A stretch of 64,000 nucleotides of DNA, from IMG/VR virus record IMGVR_UViG_3300025892_000008. One strand, given 5' to 3'. Under the pieces are notes generated by a model. It was not told the origin of the DNA and made no database searches. It was given only the letters and a program-made list of their open reading frames with translations. Both the position numbers and the translations under genes were made by a program. This stretch comes from a virus (taxonomy: Duplodnaviria > Caudoviricetes). Below are positions 63,805 to 64,000 of this stretch, one piece after another. The first letter of the stretch is position 1; every line of letters starts with the position of its first letter.

Positions 63805-64000
63805 CGCTACCCATACACTGTTAGCATATGCTTCAATCTTAGTAGTATCTGTATTATAAATCATTTGACCGTTAACTGCTGTAAGAGCATCACGTTGTAC
63901 TGTTGTATATGATTTAAGTTGAGCTGGTCCACCAAATATTGCTTCTTGCTTAGAGTTCAGCGTTAGTGCTTGTGTTGCTGTACCTGTTGAGTTAGTAGTA
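63796..64000 (-). CDS. C-terminus of a virion fibre/structural protein (begins outside the window; missing from the ORF track)
   Basis: ...QLKSYTTVQRDALTAVNGQMIYNTDTTKIEAYANSVWVALH*; same motif as the C-terminus of 11997-12251. Confidence 0.7.
   Translation of the reverse strand, partial: TTNSTGTATQALTLNSKQEAIFGGPAQLKSYTTVQRDALTAVNGQMIYNTDTTKIEAYANSVWVALH

Noticed and set aside
1-64000. Alternative genetic code (TAG or TGA readthrough), as in some large phages
   Set aside because: Genes are intact and densely packed in the standard code; TAA, TAG and TGA all end genes with proper coupling.
1-64000. Eukaryotic giant virus or bacterial chromosome origin, suggested by RFC-like, PMM-like and many metabolic genes
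   Set aside because: A peptidoglycan-binding endolysin, tail genes, SD sequences, sigma70 plus T4-late-like promoters and the absence of housekeeping operons indicate a tailed phage.

Overview
The window comes from an AT-rich tailed bacteriophage genome, probably a marine jumbo myophage infecting a Gram-negative host (inference). It is not a bacterial chromosome or a eukaryotic virus. It is almost fully coding in the standard genetic code, with no tRNA, rRNA, CRISPR array or transposon. 1-8 kb: lysis genes (GH19 endolysin, spanin-like ORF), an acyl-carrier-protein homologue lacking its phosphopantetheine serine, PhoH, ferredoxin, clamp loader, MazG, GroES and an isolated DnaE fragment. 8-21 kb: baseplate and tail-fibre genes. 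21-31 kb: auxiliary genes (IscA, SOD, UvsE, a PMM/GT/KdsB/KdsA/QueD/GT42-like module, ThyX, Hc1-like protein). 31.7-63.8 kb: a ~32-kb, 36-gene island made almost entirely of tailoring enzymes. It holds 10 radical SAM proteins, 12 Fe(II)/2OG-type oxygenases (one fused to a cold-shock domain, one with a halogenase-like HxG motif), an amidinotransferase, a PLP enzyme, a QueC-like ATPase, nucleotide-sugar enzymes, two kinase-fold proteins lacking catalytic residues and duplicated GT-like proteins. The island is arranged in alternating mini-operons whose first genes start 5-6 nt after TAAATA. The same hexamer precedes the tail genes, which suggests late, leaderless expression and a role in modifying virion or host-surface molecules. 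A compact pseudoknot-like RNA element lies between a consensus sigma70 promoter and queD. All calls come from motifs read by eye; no searches were run.
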